Below are positions 26,721 to 34,806 of a DNA stretch of 64,000 bases, piece after piece. A program made the position numbers and the translations under genes. Source of the stretch: a bacterium (GTDB lineage: Bacteria > Patescibacteriota > Minisyncoccia > Minisyncoccales > CG1-02-41-26); NCBI GenBank assembly GCA_021162885.1, contig JAGGXV010000022.1, positions 57,571 to 121,570 on the forward strand, in the 5' to 3' direction. Within the stretch, counting starts at the first letter, position 1, and every line of letters begins with the position of its first letter. The notes under the pieces are model-generated. The model saw nothing but the letters and a program-made list of their open reading frames with translations. It did no database searches and was not told where the DNA came from.

Positions 26721-27041
26721 TTACACCTTTACCACATCTCCTACCTTAACGGTAGGAGAGTGGCTTTCCACTACCACCCCACCCAATCTTGGGTCAAAAC
26801 ATCCGACCCAAGTAGTGGGGTGGTAGTGGTGAACCAGCGTGGCAAAAAGCCACACTGGTCCCCGCCCCGAGAGGATGACCCCTTTTTGAGGGTTGACCTC
26901 CGGGGCGGATTTCACCACCCCTTCGAGCTCTTGGGGAGTTAAACTCCCCTCGAGCTCAAACCTGACAAGCGTGAATTGCTCACGCTCATCAGGAAAAAAT
27001 TTCATTTTTCTCACCTCCTTTCCCGAATCCGCAATTTTCAT
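26721..27041 (-). CDS. Csx3/Crn3-like protein (CRISPR-associated cyclic-oligoadenylate ring nuclease / deadenylase family), standalone
   Basis: FTLVRFELEGSLTPQELEGVVKSAPEVNPQKGVILSGRGPVWLFATLVHHYHPTTWVGCFDPRLGGVVVESHSPTVKVGDVV matches the recalled Csx3 core (GV.ISGRGP.WL...LVH..H...WV..FDPRLG..VVV.SH). Alternative start M13 at about 27005. Confidence 0.5.
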   Translation of the reverse strand: MKIADSGKEVRKMKFFPDEREQFTLVRFELEGSLTPQELEGVVKSAPEVNPQKGVILSGRGPVWLFATLVHHYHPTTWVGCFDPRLGGVVVESHSPTVKVGDVVKV

Positions 27042-27092
27042 TCCGAACTCGGGAAATTAGGGAAACCCGAGAGTGTAAAGGTTTCCCTTATT

Positions 27093-27713
27093 TTATTTTT
27101 TATTATCACCTCCTTTCCAAACGACAGCATAGGGAGTGAAAAAGTAATCTGCTTCCCATCCGCCGTCGTAATTAATGTCCCCAAACCTTTTCTTCCCCAT
27201 ATAGGCAATATGCCTCAGGGGATTAAATTTTTCCGGTTTGGGTTTTATCAGCTTCCGCCCTATCCAATTCTGTCCACAAATCCACCGGTCAGCTTCTACC
27301 CAACTGTAAGCCACAACTTCAGCCCAGTTCACTTCCACAATCTGCCAGTTCACTTCCGGGTACTCTTCCTTTACCTTAGGAAAATCAGCTGCTTTTATTG
27401 CCCAGCCCCAGACTCCAGTATCTAGTACCCGCTCCGCTTGAGAATTATCGTAATTAGGATTCCGAATGAACAACAAATCCATCAGGGGACAAATCACATC
27501 TTTCCAGCCAGCAGTGGGTAGTTTCTTCCAGTTGCAGATCGGCATTCCTAACTTGCCACTCTTTTCTCCACAAATCACACATTTCCAATACACCGTTCTC
27601 CGATCAGCACAGTCCCGATAGCATCCTGCATTAACCCACGGACATTCCCCATACCTTAATGCCTTTAAGACATGGGTATGGGTTACCCCAACTTTTTTTT
27701 TCATCTTTCTCAC
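27093..27713 (-). CDS. hypothetical Cys-rich protein (island)
   Basis: 206 aa. N-terminus GECPWVNAGCYRDCADRRTVYWKCVICGEKSGKLGMPICNWKK; Trp-rich C-terminal domain. Confidence 0.4.
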   Translation of the reverse strand: MRKMKKKVGVTHTHVLKALRYGECPWVNAGCYRDCADRRTVYWKCVICGEKSGKLGMPICNWKKLPTAGWKDVICPLMDLLFIRNPNYDNSQAERVLDTGVWGWAIKAADFPKVKEEYPEVNWQIVEVNWAEVVAYSWVEADRWICGQNWIGRKLIKPKPEKFNPLRHIAYMGKKRFGDINYDGGWEADYFFTPYAVVWKGGDNKK

Positions 27714-27784
27714 CTCCCTCCAGCCAACTATTTCTAATTAACTAAAGGGAGGCGAGAAATTCCATATTCAATTTTCAAACAACA

Positions 27785-27900
27785 TCCAGTCTCCTAAACC
27801 CAGAATAATTAACATTTCGGCGCGATCGTGCCCATTTGTTAATGATTATTTCTTGTTTTAATTTTGTAACAAATCTCTGCGATCGTAAGATTTTGTTACA
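27785..27900. promoter_or_regulatory. two tandem palindromic operators with GCGATCG cores upstream of the 27713 gene
   Basis: O1 TTAACATTTCGGCGCGATCGTGCCCATTTGTTAA is a copy of R1. O2 is TGTAACAAATCTCTGCGATCGTAAGATTTTGTTACA. Confidence 0.45.
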
Positions 27901-27962
27901 CTTTATTCCGAACTTGGGAGATTGGGGAACTTAATAAGTTGTGCCTCCTTTCAGTTCCCCGG

Positions 27963-28346
27963 TTATCTATTGTTGAGAGTGCGGCGAGTCCAGTGGGGCT
28001 TCCGAAATTTTTTTACCGCTGGAAAATTCTGGAGAATTTTTTCCACTCGAGCGAGAAACTCTTTCACCAGTTCCTGCCCATTTCCATTTCGAAAAGCAAC
28101 TTCAAGCTCTGTTCCGCTCATCCACATCGGGATAATTCCTCTCTGAAGCGAATCCATTCCTTTTCCATTGAGAATCGCTTTTCTATTCACTGAGAATTGA
28201 ATCGGAAGCCAACTTCCATCGTGTCGAACCCAGAAATCTACCTTGAATTTTTCGTCTTCTGCTCGAGTAGCCCGTCGAACCTCAGTCCCGTTGCGATCCA
28301 GAAGCTCAACCATCCATTCCTCGGCCTTCAAACCGAACTTTTTCAT
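27963..28346 (-). CDS. hypothetical protein (island)
   Basis: 127 aa, no recognisable domain. Confidence 0.35.
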   Translation of the reverse strand: MKKFGLKAEEWMVELLDRNGTEVRRATRAEDEKFKVDFWVRHDGSWLPIQFSVNRKAILNGKGMDSLQRGIIPMWMSGTELEVAFRNGNGQELVKEFLARVEKILQNFPAVKKFRKPHWTRRTLNNR

Positions 28347-28468
28347 CCTTTCTCACCTCCCTTTCTTCTTTCTCAATCCCCTACCTTGTAAGGGACTAAG
28401 AAAGAAAAGGGATGGACTTTGAATTGAGTGCTTCTCTCCAGCCATCCCTTCTGGAGAGAGTTATTGAG

Positions 28469-29083
28469 TTACCATTTTCCGTTGAAAGGGTACACTTTCT
28501 CCACCCGGACATGAGAGAATAACTTAGTATTCTCTAGTCGATCCAAGGTATCCATTAGAATTTCAACCGGTTTCTTTAGGGGTTCCTTCCCAATCCAGTC
28601 ATTACCCAATTCTACAATCGCCCGCACGTAATAGGATTCCGGAGACCAAGTTTGCAAGCCCTTGGCTTCTAATCTATCCGCTGCTTCCTGATCTATCCCG
28701 ACAGACAAATTCATAAGCAAATTGCCATCGGAATTACAATATAGAAACCACTTGAAAGGATTCCCTCTATAGAATCCAGTGCCATATCCGAACCTTCTCG
28801 CCCATGCATGTTTTCCGTCCTCTTCATAAGAACTCTCGAACCTTGTCTCGCACAACTGGAAAAAACTCTCCTGTGCCTTCAATGTATACAGTTCTCCCCG
28901 CAACACCCCAGCTTCATTTTTAATCTTTACCACTTCATTTTCCAGTTCTATTCTTGCAGTTTCCAGAATCTCCACCTTTCCCTTCCATCTCTCCACTTCT
29001 TTCTGAAGAGAAGAGATATAGAATGCTCCGACTGCCACAACGACAGCCAATCCAACTGCCAGACCAATCATACCCTTAGTCAT
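28469..29083 (-). CDS. hypothetical membrane-anchored coiled-coil protein (first gene after the structured leader)
   Basis: 204 aa. N-terminal TM MIGLAVGLAVVVAVGAFYI, coiled coil, then a W/Y-rich globular domain. RBS aggaggaaaggtATG. Confidence 0.4.
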   Translation of the reverse strand: MTKGMIGLAVGLAVVVAVGAFYISSLQKEVERWKGKVEILETARIELENEVVKIKNEAGVLRGELYTLKAQESFFQLCETRFESSYEEDGKHAWARRFGYGTGFYRGNPFKWFLYCNSDGNLLMNLSVGIDQEAADRLEAKGLQTWSPESYYVRAIVELGNDWIGKEPLKKPVEILMDTLDRLENTKLFSHVRVEKVYPFNGKW

Positions 29084-29099
29084 ACCTTTCCTCCTAATT

Positions 29100-29955
29100 T
29101 TTATTCTCCTTCTATTTTAGCAAGGAGTGCACCGCGCACTTTCGGCCAACAACTTACTTTTGGACAGCAAGTGTTGGTTGGCGCGTCCGCCGATGAAAGT
29201 GCACGGGCGCACTCATTACTAAGGTTGAGAGGGGCGGAGGCGAGCGAAATTCACTTTTCTTCTCCTCGGAGAGAAAAGTCAACCTCACTCCTTATTTACG
29301 TCCCTTAGCGGGAAACCTCACATTACATTTACCCCTGATTGCCGCAACCTGTCTTTTAAGGTACTGACTCTCTCCTCTGAGAGAAGGATGGAGGAGAATT
29401 GATTAGGAACTGAGGAAGATTGAGGCCAAAATTTTTAATCTCCTAAGGGAGGGGCTTGCCTTCTTCCTCAAAGCCATTTTATTGCCTACCGAGTAAGGGC
29501 ACACAAAGCCACAAACCAAGCCAGGCATTTTAGCTCACATTCCGCTTTCAGCGAAATGACTCTCTCCTCCATCCTTCTCCCCCAGAAGTTTTTCAACCTC
29601 CGGAAGAGTTCCTTATTAAGTTGGAAGGTGCTTTCTCCTCAAAATTCTTTGAATTTTGAGGACCCCACTTTCGCCAGCGACTCCTTCCGCTTTTAGCGGG
29701 AGTCGTGCTCGCTGGCGGCCAAAGGAGACTTATCTCCTTTGGAATTCTTTTTTTTAAACAAACAGGCGGCTCTCGGAGAGAGCCGCCTGTTTGCTAAATT
29801 TTCGTTATAAAGCTCTATAACGAACGGCTTTTTTTCCGCCACGCTTTTACCGCGCGACGACTCTCTCCTCTGCCCCGTTAGATACGAAGTTATCTAACTG
29901 GGGTCTTTTTTTTTATTTTTATTTAATTTGGAAGAGCTTTTTTATTTTCTCCAGA
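29100..29955 (-). ncRNA. about 850-nt hairpin-rich untranslated leader / candidate ncRNA downstream of the triple promoter
   Basis: No ORF of 60 aa or more on the minus strand. Strong hairpins: aaacaggcggctctc..gagccgcctgttt; cgccagcgagcacgactcccgctaaaagcggaaggagtcgctggcg; ccaaaggagataagtctcctttgg; cctcaaaattcaaagaattttgagg. GAGGAGAGAGTC recurs three times; inverted copies lie about 190 bp apart. Confidence 0.3.
29873..29920 (+). terminator. plus-strand intrinsic-terminator-like hairpin plus T9 run; on the minus strand it sits just downstream of the P1 transcription start
   Basis: ccccgttagatacgaagttatctaactggggtcttttttttt. Confidence 0.35.
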
Positions 29956-29962
29956 CACTTAC

Positions 29963-29991
29963 ATTATAGCATATCGTTAAATTCTTGTCAA
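29963..29991 (-). promoter_or_regulatory. perfect consensus sigma70 promoter P1 (TTGACA-17-TATAAT)
   Basis: Minus strand ccTCTTGACAagaatttaacgatatgcTATAATgta. Confidence 0.7.
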
Positions 29992-30030
29992 GAGGTTTGA
30001 AGGAATTTTCATCTTTTTGCAACCGCTTTA

Positions 30031-30059
30031 ATTATAGTATATTTTCATATTCTTGTCAA
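30031..30059 (-). promoter_or_regulatory. perfect consensus sigma70 promoter P2 (TTGACA-17-TATAAT)
   Basis: Minus strand TTGACAagaatatgaaaatatacTATAATtaa. Confidence 0.7.
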
Positions 30060-30111
30060 GGACATTTGCATTCTTTCAACAAATTTCTTCTCACACTCTC
30101 AGACATTTTTA

Positions 30112-30140
30112 ATTATAGCAAATTGAATTAGTTTTGTCAA
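30112..30140 (-). promoter_or_regulatory. perfect consensus sigma70 promoter P3 (TTGACA-17-TATAAT)
   Basis: Minus strand TTGACAaaactaattcaatttgcTATAATtaa. Confidence 0.7.
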
Positions 30141-30159
30141 GAGCTAAACAACTTATTTA

Positions 30160-30759
30160 TTAATTAAAACCAAATCTGCGTATTTTTTCTGAGGTGCAAC
30201 AAATTTTTTGTGCATTCTTAACGCTCTTTAGCCATTGCCAAAGAACGCTCTCTTTCGTTCTTCCTCTTTCTTTAATGTCTCGATTCATTCTTCTTTGAAG
30301 CCGTAATTTTTCGGGAGCTTCCACAAACACTTTAAGATCAAGTTCTCCTCTCAAAGCCCTATTTAAAGCAAATAACCCCTCAACAATTATCACTTTTGAG
30401 GGGAAATAACTCTCATACCTCACTCTTTTGCGAATAACAAAATTATAAACTGGCTTTCTTATTACCTTACCTTTTTTCAAAAGTTTAAGATGTTTTTTTA
30501 ACAAACTCATCTCAAAAGCCGAGGGACAGTCAAAATTTCTATCTTTCATCTTATCAATTCCAATATAATAGTCATCCATTAGAAAAATTTTAGCCCCTGT
30601 AGCTTTTGAAATGGCTACCGCTACATATCCCTTTCCTGAACCAGAACCTCCAGCAATTCCAATAATAACTACTCCTTTTCCTTTTTCTATTAGTTCTTTT
30701 ATGGAATCTATGATTTTATTAATTCCCTGTTTTAGATTAAATATTTTTTTCTTCCTCAT
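30160..30759 (-). CDS. udk: uridine kinase / phosphoribulokinase-family nucleoside kinase
   Basis: P-loop VVIIGIAGGSGSGKGYVAVAISK; PRK/Udk-like fold. Confidence 0.6.
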   Translation of the reverse strand: MRKKKIFNLKQGINKIIDSIKELIEKGKGVVIIGIAGGSGSGKGYVAVAISKATGAKIFLMDDYYIGIDKMKDRNFDCPSAFEMSLLKKHLKLLKKGKVIRKPVYNFVIRKRVRYESYFPSKVIIVEGLFALNRALRGELDLKVFVEAPEKLRLQRRMNRDIKERGRTKESVLWQWLKSVKNAQKICCTSEKIRRFGFN

Positions 30760-30794
30760 GAAACCTCACTCAGTTTTTTCTTTTGTTTCTTCCT

Positions 30795-31370
30795 TCACCT
30801 CTTTTTTTCCTTATCTTCAGAGGGAGCACTCGCTTTCAGGATGGTATCTGGTGTTTCAGCGGAAGCTTCAGCAGCGACGGATTTCTTCTCTTCTTTCGGC
30901 TCTTCCTCTTGTTTCTCTTTCTGGGTTTTTGGTTGTTTTGGTGGAGTTTTTTCTTCTTTCACCTCTTCTTTTGGTTGCTCTTCTTCCTTTTTTTCCTTTT
31001 CTGGTTCTTTCGATGCCTCTCCAGATGGCACCTCTTTCCCTTTTTCTTCAGTTTCTCTGGCTTCAGCTTTTTCCTCTTTTGCTGCCTCTTTTTCTTTCTT
31101 TTTTGACTTTTTATGAACATCTATTTTCTTTCCTTTAATAATCCCCTCCTTTACTAATAAATTATGAACACTTTCAGATGGTTGAGCGCCAACACCTAAC
31201 CAATGTTTAATGCGTTCTGCCTTCAATTTTTTCTCTTTAGTTAGAGGATTAAAAAATCCAAGAATTTCCAAAAACCTGCCACCTCTTGGTGGATTCTTTT
31301 TGTCGGTAACCACTATTCTGAAAAATGGCTGATTCTTTTTTCCAGTGCGTAAGAAACGAATGACTAACAT
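30795..31370 (-). CDS. rpsP: 30S ribosomal protein S16 with about 100-aa K/E-rich C-terminal extension
   Basis: MLVIRFLRTGKKNQPFFRIVVTDKKNPPRGGRFLEILGFFNP... then KEKEAAKEEKAEARETEEKGKE... tail. Confidence 0.85.
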   Translation of the reverse strand: MLVIRFLRTGKKNQPFFRIVVTDKKNPPRGGRFLEILGFFNPLTKEKKLKAERIKHWLGVGAQPSESVHNLLVKEGIIKGKKIDVHKKSKKKEKEAAKEEKAEARETEEKGKEVPSGEASKEPEKEKKEEEQPKEEVKEEKTPPKQPKTQKEKQEEEPKEEKKSVAAEASAETPDTILKASAPSEDKEKKR

Positions 31371-31380
31371 AGCTAATAAT

Positions 31381-31535
31381 TTTCAACTTACAATTTTCAA
31401 CTTACAATTTTCAATTTTCAATCAAGCTCCAATTTTCCAATTTTCAATGAAATTCACTCCGAGATTAGCAAAGAACTGTTTGAAAATTGGGTAATTGAAA
31501 ATTCATTGATAATTGGTCATTGAAAATTGATAATT
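31381..31535. repeat. intergenic inverted-repeat element built from ATTTTCA / TGAAAAT heptamer repeats (family seen at many intergenic sites)
   Basis: Left arm (t)tttcaacttacaattttcaa... Right arm ...tgaaaattgggtaattgaaaattcattgataattggtcattgaaaattga. Can fold into a long imperfect hairpin. Confidence 0.6.
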
Positions 31536-31539
31536 TAAT

Positions 31540-32259
31540 CTACCAATTTTTAACTTTTAAAGCTTCTCGAGCTGCTGCTTCTTCTGCTTCCTGTTTCGAA
31601 CTTCCCTCTCCTTCAGCAACCAATTCCTCTCCCAAAAAAACTCCAACCACAAAATGTTTGGCATGGTCAGGCCCCCATTCTTTCAAAACTTTATAGGTTG
31701 GAGTAATTCTCACTCTCTCTTGAGCCTCTTCTTGAAATCTCGATTTGGCATCTCGCCAACCTCCTTCTTTTAAAATCTTGGATAGCTGGTTAATCAAATG
31801 AGTTTCTATAAATTCCCGAACCTTTCCCAACCCTTGGTCAAGATAAAAAGCCCCTAAAAATGCCTCAAAAGTGTTTGCTAAAATATATTCTCTGGCTTTC
31901 CCGGTATCTTTTGCTTCACCGCGAGAAAGCAAAAGATATTCTTCAAAACCAAGTTTCTTTGCCGTTCCAGCTAAACTTTGAGCGTTAACCAAGGCCGCTC
32001 GCCAATTGGTCAATTCACCCTCAGACCTTTTTGGATATTTCTGATAAAGATATTCTGTAACAATTAGTTCTAAAACCGCATCTCCTAAAAACTCCAATCT
32101 TTCATTGTGGGGTAGCGAAAACTTTGGGTTTTCGTTTAAATAAGACCTATGGACGAATGCTTGTTTTAATAAATCCTTATTTTTAAATTCAATGCTTAAT
32201 TTCTTTTCAAGTCTTTTGAAATCTGACACAAAATTTCTGTAACGTCCAACATATAACAC
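31540..32259 (-). CDS. rnc: ribonuclease III
   Basis: ERLEFLGDAVLELIVTEYLYQKYP signature plus C-terminal dsRBD. Confidence 0.9.
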   Translation of the reverse strand: MLYVGRYRNFVSDFKRLEKKLSIEFKNKDLLKQAFVHRSYLNENPKFSLPHNERLEFLGDAVLELIVTEYLYQKYPKRSEGELTNWRAALVNAQSLAGTAKKLGFEEYLLLSRGEAKDTGKAREYILANTFEAFLGAFYLDQGLGKVREFIETHLINQLSKILKEGGWRDAKSRFQEEAQERVRITPTYKVLKEWGPDHAKHFVVGVFLGEELVAEGEGSSKQEAEEAAAREALKVKNW

Positions 32260-32307
32260 AAGGAAGATTGAATTTTATCTTGGGTTACAAGTTACACGTT
32301 ACAAGTT

Positions 32308-32733
32308 TTACAAATTCTTTTCCATTTCTTTGTAAATAGCGCCCAACACCCCATTAACAAATCTTCCCGAGCTCTCTGAACCAAAACTTTTGGCTAACTC
32401 AATTGCCTCGTTTATAGCAACTTTTGGCGGCACTTCTTTTTTATCGCCAAACAAAAGTTCAAAAAGCCCAATTCTTAAAATATTTCTATCAACAATGCCT
32501 AACTGTTCAACTGGTCGTTCGGGAGCCGCCTTTTCAATAATTTTATTAATCTTGGTAAAATTTTTGACTATTCCTTTAGAAAGCCTGTTGATAAAATTTT
32601 TTTCATCAAAATCGCCACCGAATTTTTCAATATTTCTTTTGACAATCTTACTCAAATCAGAAGTCCGGTGGTAAAAATCCCACTCAAACAATGATTGCAA
32701 AACAATAGAACGTGCTAAATGACGCGATGCCAT
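32308..32733 (-). CDS. nusB: transcription antitermination factor NusB
   Basis: [20 protein letters not shown]... Track N-terminus MIIKF is translated heptamer repeat. Confidence 0.8.
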   Translation of the reverse strand: MASRHLARSIVLQSLFEWDFYHRTSDLSKIVKRNIEKFGGDFDEKNFINRLSKGIVKNFTKINKIIEKAAPERPVEQLGIVDRNILRIGLFELLFGDKKEVPPKVAINEAIELAKSFGSESSGRFVNGVLGAIYKEMEKNL

Positions 32734-32984
32734 AAATTTAATTATCAATTTTCAAGCACCAATGAAGCTCCAACTTCCAATTTTCAAACCTTGTTTTTGC
32801 TTGATTTCATAATGCTTGAAAACAATCTATTCTCTCATCTTTTTGTTGATGCTGTTATCTGGTATTTTTTTCATAAGTTCGATTACTGCTTCGACAAACC
32901 TTGAGGTTTTTTCCTCTAAATTATAGTTTTTGGAATTTGGTACTTGAGATTTCACTGAAAATTAAAATTTAAAAATTGAAAATT

Positions 32985-33284
32985 TTAAAACTTTTTCTGT
33001 GATAACTCCTCTAAGGTCAATGGTCTCTCTTTTTCTTTGCCTTTTTCCTTTCTTTCTCTTTCTTTTATTTCTTTTTCCCGCTTTTTTCGCTCTTTCTTTT
33101 CAAGCTTTTTCAAAACATCAATAACCTCCACCCTCTTATAATAACCACAGTTTGGACAAACGGTGTGGGGACGAGTTGGCTTGCCACACTTTGGACAGGT
33201 AACAAGAGAGGGAGATTTTAAAAAAATGTGCATCCTTCTTTTATTCCTCTTCGATTTTGTCGTATGTTTTTTGGGTACAGCCAT
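32985..33284 (-). CDS. rpmF: 50S ribosomal protein L32 with K/E-rich C-terminal extension
   Basis: MAVPKKHTTKSKRNKRR...CPKCGKP...CPNCGYY zinc ribbon. Confidence 0.85.
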   Translation of the reverse strand: MAVPKKHTTKSKRNKRRMHIFLKSPSLVTCPKCGKPTRPHTVCPNCGYYKRVEVIDVLKKLEKKERKKREKEIKERERKEKGKEKERPLTLEELSQKKF

Positions 33285-33324
33285 ATAACCACTTTAACAA
33301 ATGTTAAAAATTTTTCAAGGGTTG

Positions 33325-33450
33325 CTAATTTTCAATTTACAATTTACAATTTTCAATCAAATCCCAATTTTCAATTTTCAATTATCGTTTGAAAATTAAA
33401 TCATTAAAAATTCATTGAAAATTGGTCATTGAAAATTGAGAATTTCCTTC
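33325..33450. repeat. intergenic heptamer inverted-repeat element (ATTTTCA...TGAAAAT)
   Basis: ttgctaattttcaatttacaatttacaattttcaatcaaatcccaattttcaattttcaattatcgtttgaaaattaaatcattaaaaattcattgaaaattggtcattgaaaattgagaattt. Confidence 0.6.
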
Positions 33451-34040
33451 ACCGGCCTGAATGTTTTTCGGTGTATCTTGCAAGGGCCATATTTTTTTAA
33501 CATTTTAAAATGCAATTTCGTTCCATAACCCTTGTGTTTATCAAAGCGATATTGAGGATATTTTTTATGATATCTCAACATTGCTCTGTCTCTGGTAACT
33601 TTAGCCACAATAGAGGCAAGTTTTATCAGAAACACTTTTTCATCGCCTTTTATAATTGACTTTTGAGGAAATTGCGAATCTATCCTAAAATTTCCATCAA
33701 TCAACAAAAATTTTTCTCTCGTTAAATCATTGCTATAGCAGTAATTCGACGATAGTTTTTTCTCTAAATTTTTTACTGCTTTTTTCATTGCTAATTTTGT
33801 CGCTTTGAAAATATTTATTTTATCTATCACCTTCTCAGAAACCCGTCCTATCCCCCACTCAATCTCTGGTGATTTTTTTAAAATCTCAAAAATCTCTTGC
33901 CGTTTTTTAGGACTAAGTTTTTTTGAGTCCTTCAACGTATTTGAAAATTGAAAATTGAAAATTGAAAATTTCTGGGCTGTAATTGCACAAGCAATTACCA
34001 GGCCAGCTAATGATCCTCTCCCTGATTCATCGATTCCCAT
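33426..34040 (-). CDS. rnhB: ribonuclease HII
   Basis: MGIDESGRGSLAGLVIACAI...; contains in-frame GAAAATT repeat insert (FSIFNFQFS). Confidence 0.85.
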   Translation of the reverse strand: MGIDESGRGSLAGLVIACAITAQKFSIFNFQFSNTLKDSKKLSPKKRQEIFEILKKSPEIEWGIGRVSEKVIDKINIFKATKLAMKKAVKNLEKKLSSNYCYSNDLTREKFLLIDGNFRIDSQFPQKSIIKGDEKVFLIKLASIVAKVTRDRAMLRYHKKYPQYRFDKHKGYGTKLHFKMLKKYGPCKIHRKTFRPVKEILNFQ

Positions 34041-34114
34041 AATTATTTTCTTTTTGTATTTGCAATACATTTTAGAAAAAAGTATAATATATTAATTTAT
34101 TATACCAGAGTTAA

Positions 34115-34786
34115 ATGGCAGATAAAAACATACTCTCTCAGATCGACATCGAAGAGGAAATAAGAAAAGCAGAATTTGAGGGAAGAGAAACGAATTTCAG
34201 GGGAAAAGTCCTTTCCTCACTTTCTCTTTCAGAAAGAACAATCGACACCGGCTTGGATCTGAGTGGAGCGGTCATTTTGGGCTCAGTTTCTTTTGAAGGA
34301 ACAACCATCAAGGGCAATTTAAATTTTAACCAGGCTATTATCAGAGAATCATTTTATTTTGGCTCAGCAGTCCTTAATGGAGATTTGAATTTAAAAGGAA
34401 CGGTCGTTAAGGGAGTAATCAATCTGGTTGGAGCTAAAATAAAAGGTAATTTGAATTTTGAGGAATTAAAAGTAACTGGCTTTTTAAGTTTGGCTAAAAC
34501 CCAGGTTGGTAGAGACGTTAATCTTCAAGGAATAAAAGTTAACGATTCTTACCACTCGGGATTAATCGTTAAGGGGGATGTTTATTTAAGAGAAGCCGTA
34601 ATTAACGGAAGTTTTCAGTTAAATAATTCTTTTGTTGAAGGATCTTTGGATATGCTCAGAGCTTTTATTGGCAGCGACGTTGATTTGACAGGAGTTAATA
34701 TTCAGGAGTTTTTGGTTTTGAAAGAAACTGACATCAAAGGTGAATTAAACTTAACCAAAGCAAAATATAAAGAATTGGTAAAATAA
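34115..34786 (+). CDS. pentapeptide-repeat protein
   Basis: 223 aa of A(D/N)LxG-type tandem pentapeptides (GAVILGSVSFEGTTIKGNLNFNQAII...). Confidence 0.7.
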   Translation: MADKNILSQIDIEEEIRKAEFEGRETNFRGKVLSSLSLSERTIDTGLDLSGAVILGSVSFEGTTIKGNLNFNQAIIRESFYFGSAVLNGDLNLKGTVVKGVINLVGAKIKGNLNFEELKVTGFLSLAKTQVGRDVNLQGIKVNDSYHSGLIVKGDVYLREAVINGSFQLNNSFVEGSLDMLRAFIGSDVDLTGVNIQEFLVLKETDIKGELNLTKAKYKELVK

Positions 34787-34806
34787 GAGAAAATAATCAT
34801 AAAATT

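Noticed and set aside
30611-31138. Plus-strand ORFs 30611-31138, 30783-31106, 30841-31116 (S/F/L-rich)
   Set aside because: Antisense to udk and to the purine-rich KE tail of rpsP; low-complexity translation artefacts.
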